This document shows, one piece after another, positions 62,772 to 64,000 of a DNA stretch of 64,000 nucleotides (position 1 is the stretch's first letter; each line of letters begins with the position of its first letter). The stretch is from a virus (lineage: Duplodnaviria > Caudoviricetes). Location of the stretch: IMG/VR virus record IMGVR_UViG_3300014205_000003, positions 124,070 through 188,069 of that record, one strand, 5' to 3'. The notes under the pieces are model-generated. The model saw nothing but the letters and a program-made list of their open reading frames with translations, did no database searches and was not told where the DNA came from. The position numbers and the translations under genes were made by a program.

Positions 62772-63830
62772 ATGTCAAAGATCAACGTCCTCATCTCATT
62801 CGACAATACTGCAAGTATGACTTTTTGCCTCGATCAGGTCCGTCGCAATATCGTCCAGATCCTTCACAACCTCTTCACCATTCCAGACATCAGTGTCGGT
62901 CTTATCAGTCACCTTGACTACTTCAACGGCGACGACGCTATCAAGAGCATCGACTTCACCACCAACAAGCAACGCCTGATCGACTTCTGCAACAACGCTC
63001 CGCACATAGGCAATCAGGACAACGATGAGTGCTATGAATTGGTCCTGCATCGTGCACGTGAAGCGTCTTGGACTGGTGGTGCCAAGAAGATCCTCATCCT
63101 CATCGGGGACTGCAATCCTCACTCCAAGGGTGACTTCACTGGCGGCGTGCGCTGTGAGCTCGACTGGAAGAACGAAGCCAAGCTGTTAGCTGACTTGGGC
63201 GTGCAGATCTATGCAGTGCATGCCATGGGCAACTACTTCAGTCAGAACTTCTATCAGAGCCTCGCAAGCATCACCAACGGCCTCTACATCCCTCTGCAGC
63301 AGCTGATGAACTGTGTTCCGATGATCACGGCTTCCTGCTATGCTCAAGAGAGCACTAAGCGTGTTGAGCAGTACGAGGACGAAATTGTCAAAGCCGGTAA
63401 GATGAATCGCGACTTGGACAGTGTCTTTAATAAGATCCTGCACAGGGACTCCAAGGGTCGCTTCTGCAAGTCTGTCAAAGATCTCGGAGCTGTGGAAGAC
63501 GGACGGTTCCAGGTTCTTGAAGTTCCTGCAGATGTGAAGATCAGCGACTTTGTTCGCAGTCAGGGTTTGGCTTTCAAGGAAGGTTCTGGCTACTACGAGT
63601 TCACCAAGCGCGAAGAGATTCAGGGATACAAGAAGATCATCCTGCAGGAGCGTTCGTCTGGTGATTTGTTTGAAGGTGCGCGTGCTCGAGAGATCGTCGG
63701 ACTTCCTGAGGGTGTGTCTGTCAAGATGAGCCCAACCATGCTCTCTCAGTATCGTGTGTTTGTTCAGAGCACTTCCAACAATCGCAAGTTGATCGGCGGC
63801 ACTCTATTCCTCTACGAGGTTCAGCGCTAA
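62772..63830 (+). CDS. VWA-domain protein
   Basis: FDNTASM (MIDAS-like), DY, ECYE, ILIGD.NPH. Confidence 0.8.
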   Translation: MSKINVLISFDNTASMTFCLDQVRRNIVQILHNLFTIPDISVGLISHLDYFNGDDAIKSIDFTTNKQRLIDFCNNAPHIGNQDNDECYELVLHRAREASWTGGAKKILILIGDCNPHSKGDFTGGVRCELDWKNEAKLLADLGVQIYAVHAMGNYFSQNFYQSLASITNGLYIPLQQLMNCVPMITASCYAQESTKRVEQYEDEIVKAGKMNRDLDSVFNKILHRDSKGRFCKSVKDLGAVEDGRFQVLEVPADVKISDFVRSQGLAFKEGSGYYEFTKREEIQGYKKIILQERSSGDLFEGARAREIVGLPEGVSVKMSPTMLSQYRVFVQSTSNNRKLIGGTLFLYEVQR

Positions 63831-63877
63831 TTATAATTTTTAACCATCAATTACAATAACTAAAAGGAAACACCAAT

Positions 63878-64000
63878 ATGTGCAAACCCGCATCCTTTGT
63901 CCTCTCCATCGGACACAAAGCTCACTTCTCCACAAAACAGACTCCCACGAGGAAATTATCCAGGAGCACGGGCTCTGCCCGGACGACGGAAGATTCTCCA
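63878..64000 (+). CDS. 5' part of a gene running off the window
   Basis: AAAGGA RBS plus ATG, MCKPASFV... Confidence 0.55.
   Translation, partial: MCKPASFVLSIGHKAHFSTKQTPTRKLSRSTGSARTTEDSP

Noticed and set aside
1-64000. Stop-codon reassignment, as seen in some large phages
   Set aside because: Conserved genes are full length in standard code, and TAA, TAG and TGA all serve as stops

Overview
This window looks like part of a large (jumbo-type) dsDNA bacteriophage genome. It has densely packed, mostly short + strand ORFs in standard code with Shine-Dalgarno sites, and no rRNA, tRNA, CRISPR array or clear head/tail module. Recognisable genes: RecA/UvsX-like recombinase, RuvC-like resolvase, class II ribonucleotide reductase (nrdJ), dATP/dGTP diphosphohydrolase, ATP-dependent DNA ligase, Rnl2-type RNA ligase, three methyltransferases, two glycosyltransferase-like paralogs, a Gp88-like protein, an HD (p)ppGpp-hydrolase-like protein, a MoxR AAA+/VWA pair, and many paralogous small proteins. 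The main finding is four TnpB elements with intact catalytic triads and no transposase, each of which appears to avoid destroying its host gene. One is a group I intron-TnpB fusion (IStron-like, 31016-32540) that would splice out. The other three are promoter-HTH-tnpB-omegaRNA cassettes. Each carries at its left end a diverged replacement for the gene segment it displaced, while the displaced segment sits at the right end where it would supply the guide. Also noted: a dispersed GCACA-NN-TGTGC palindrome (8 copies), a tandem multi-pseudoknot RNA candidate, several other structured intergenic regions, and a shared C-terminal helix on about 10 otherwise divergent proteins. All calls come from reading motifs by eye; no searches or folding programs were run.
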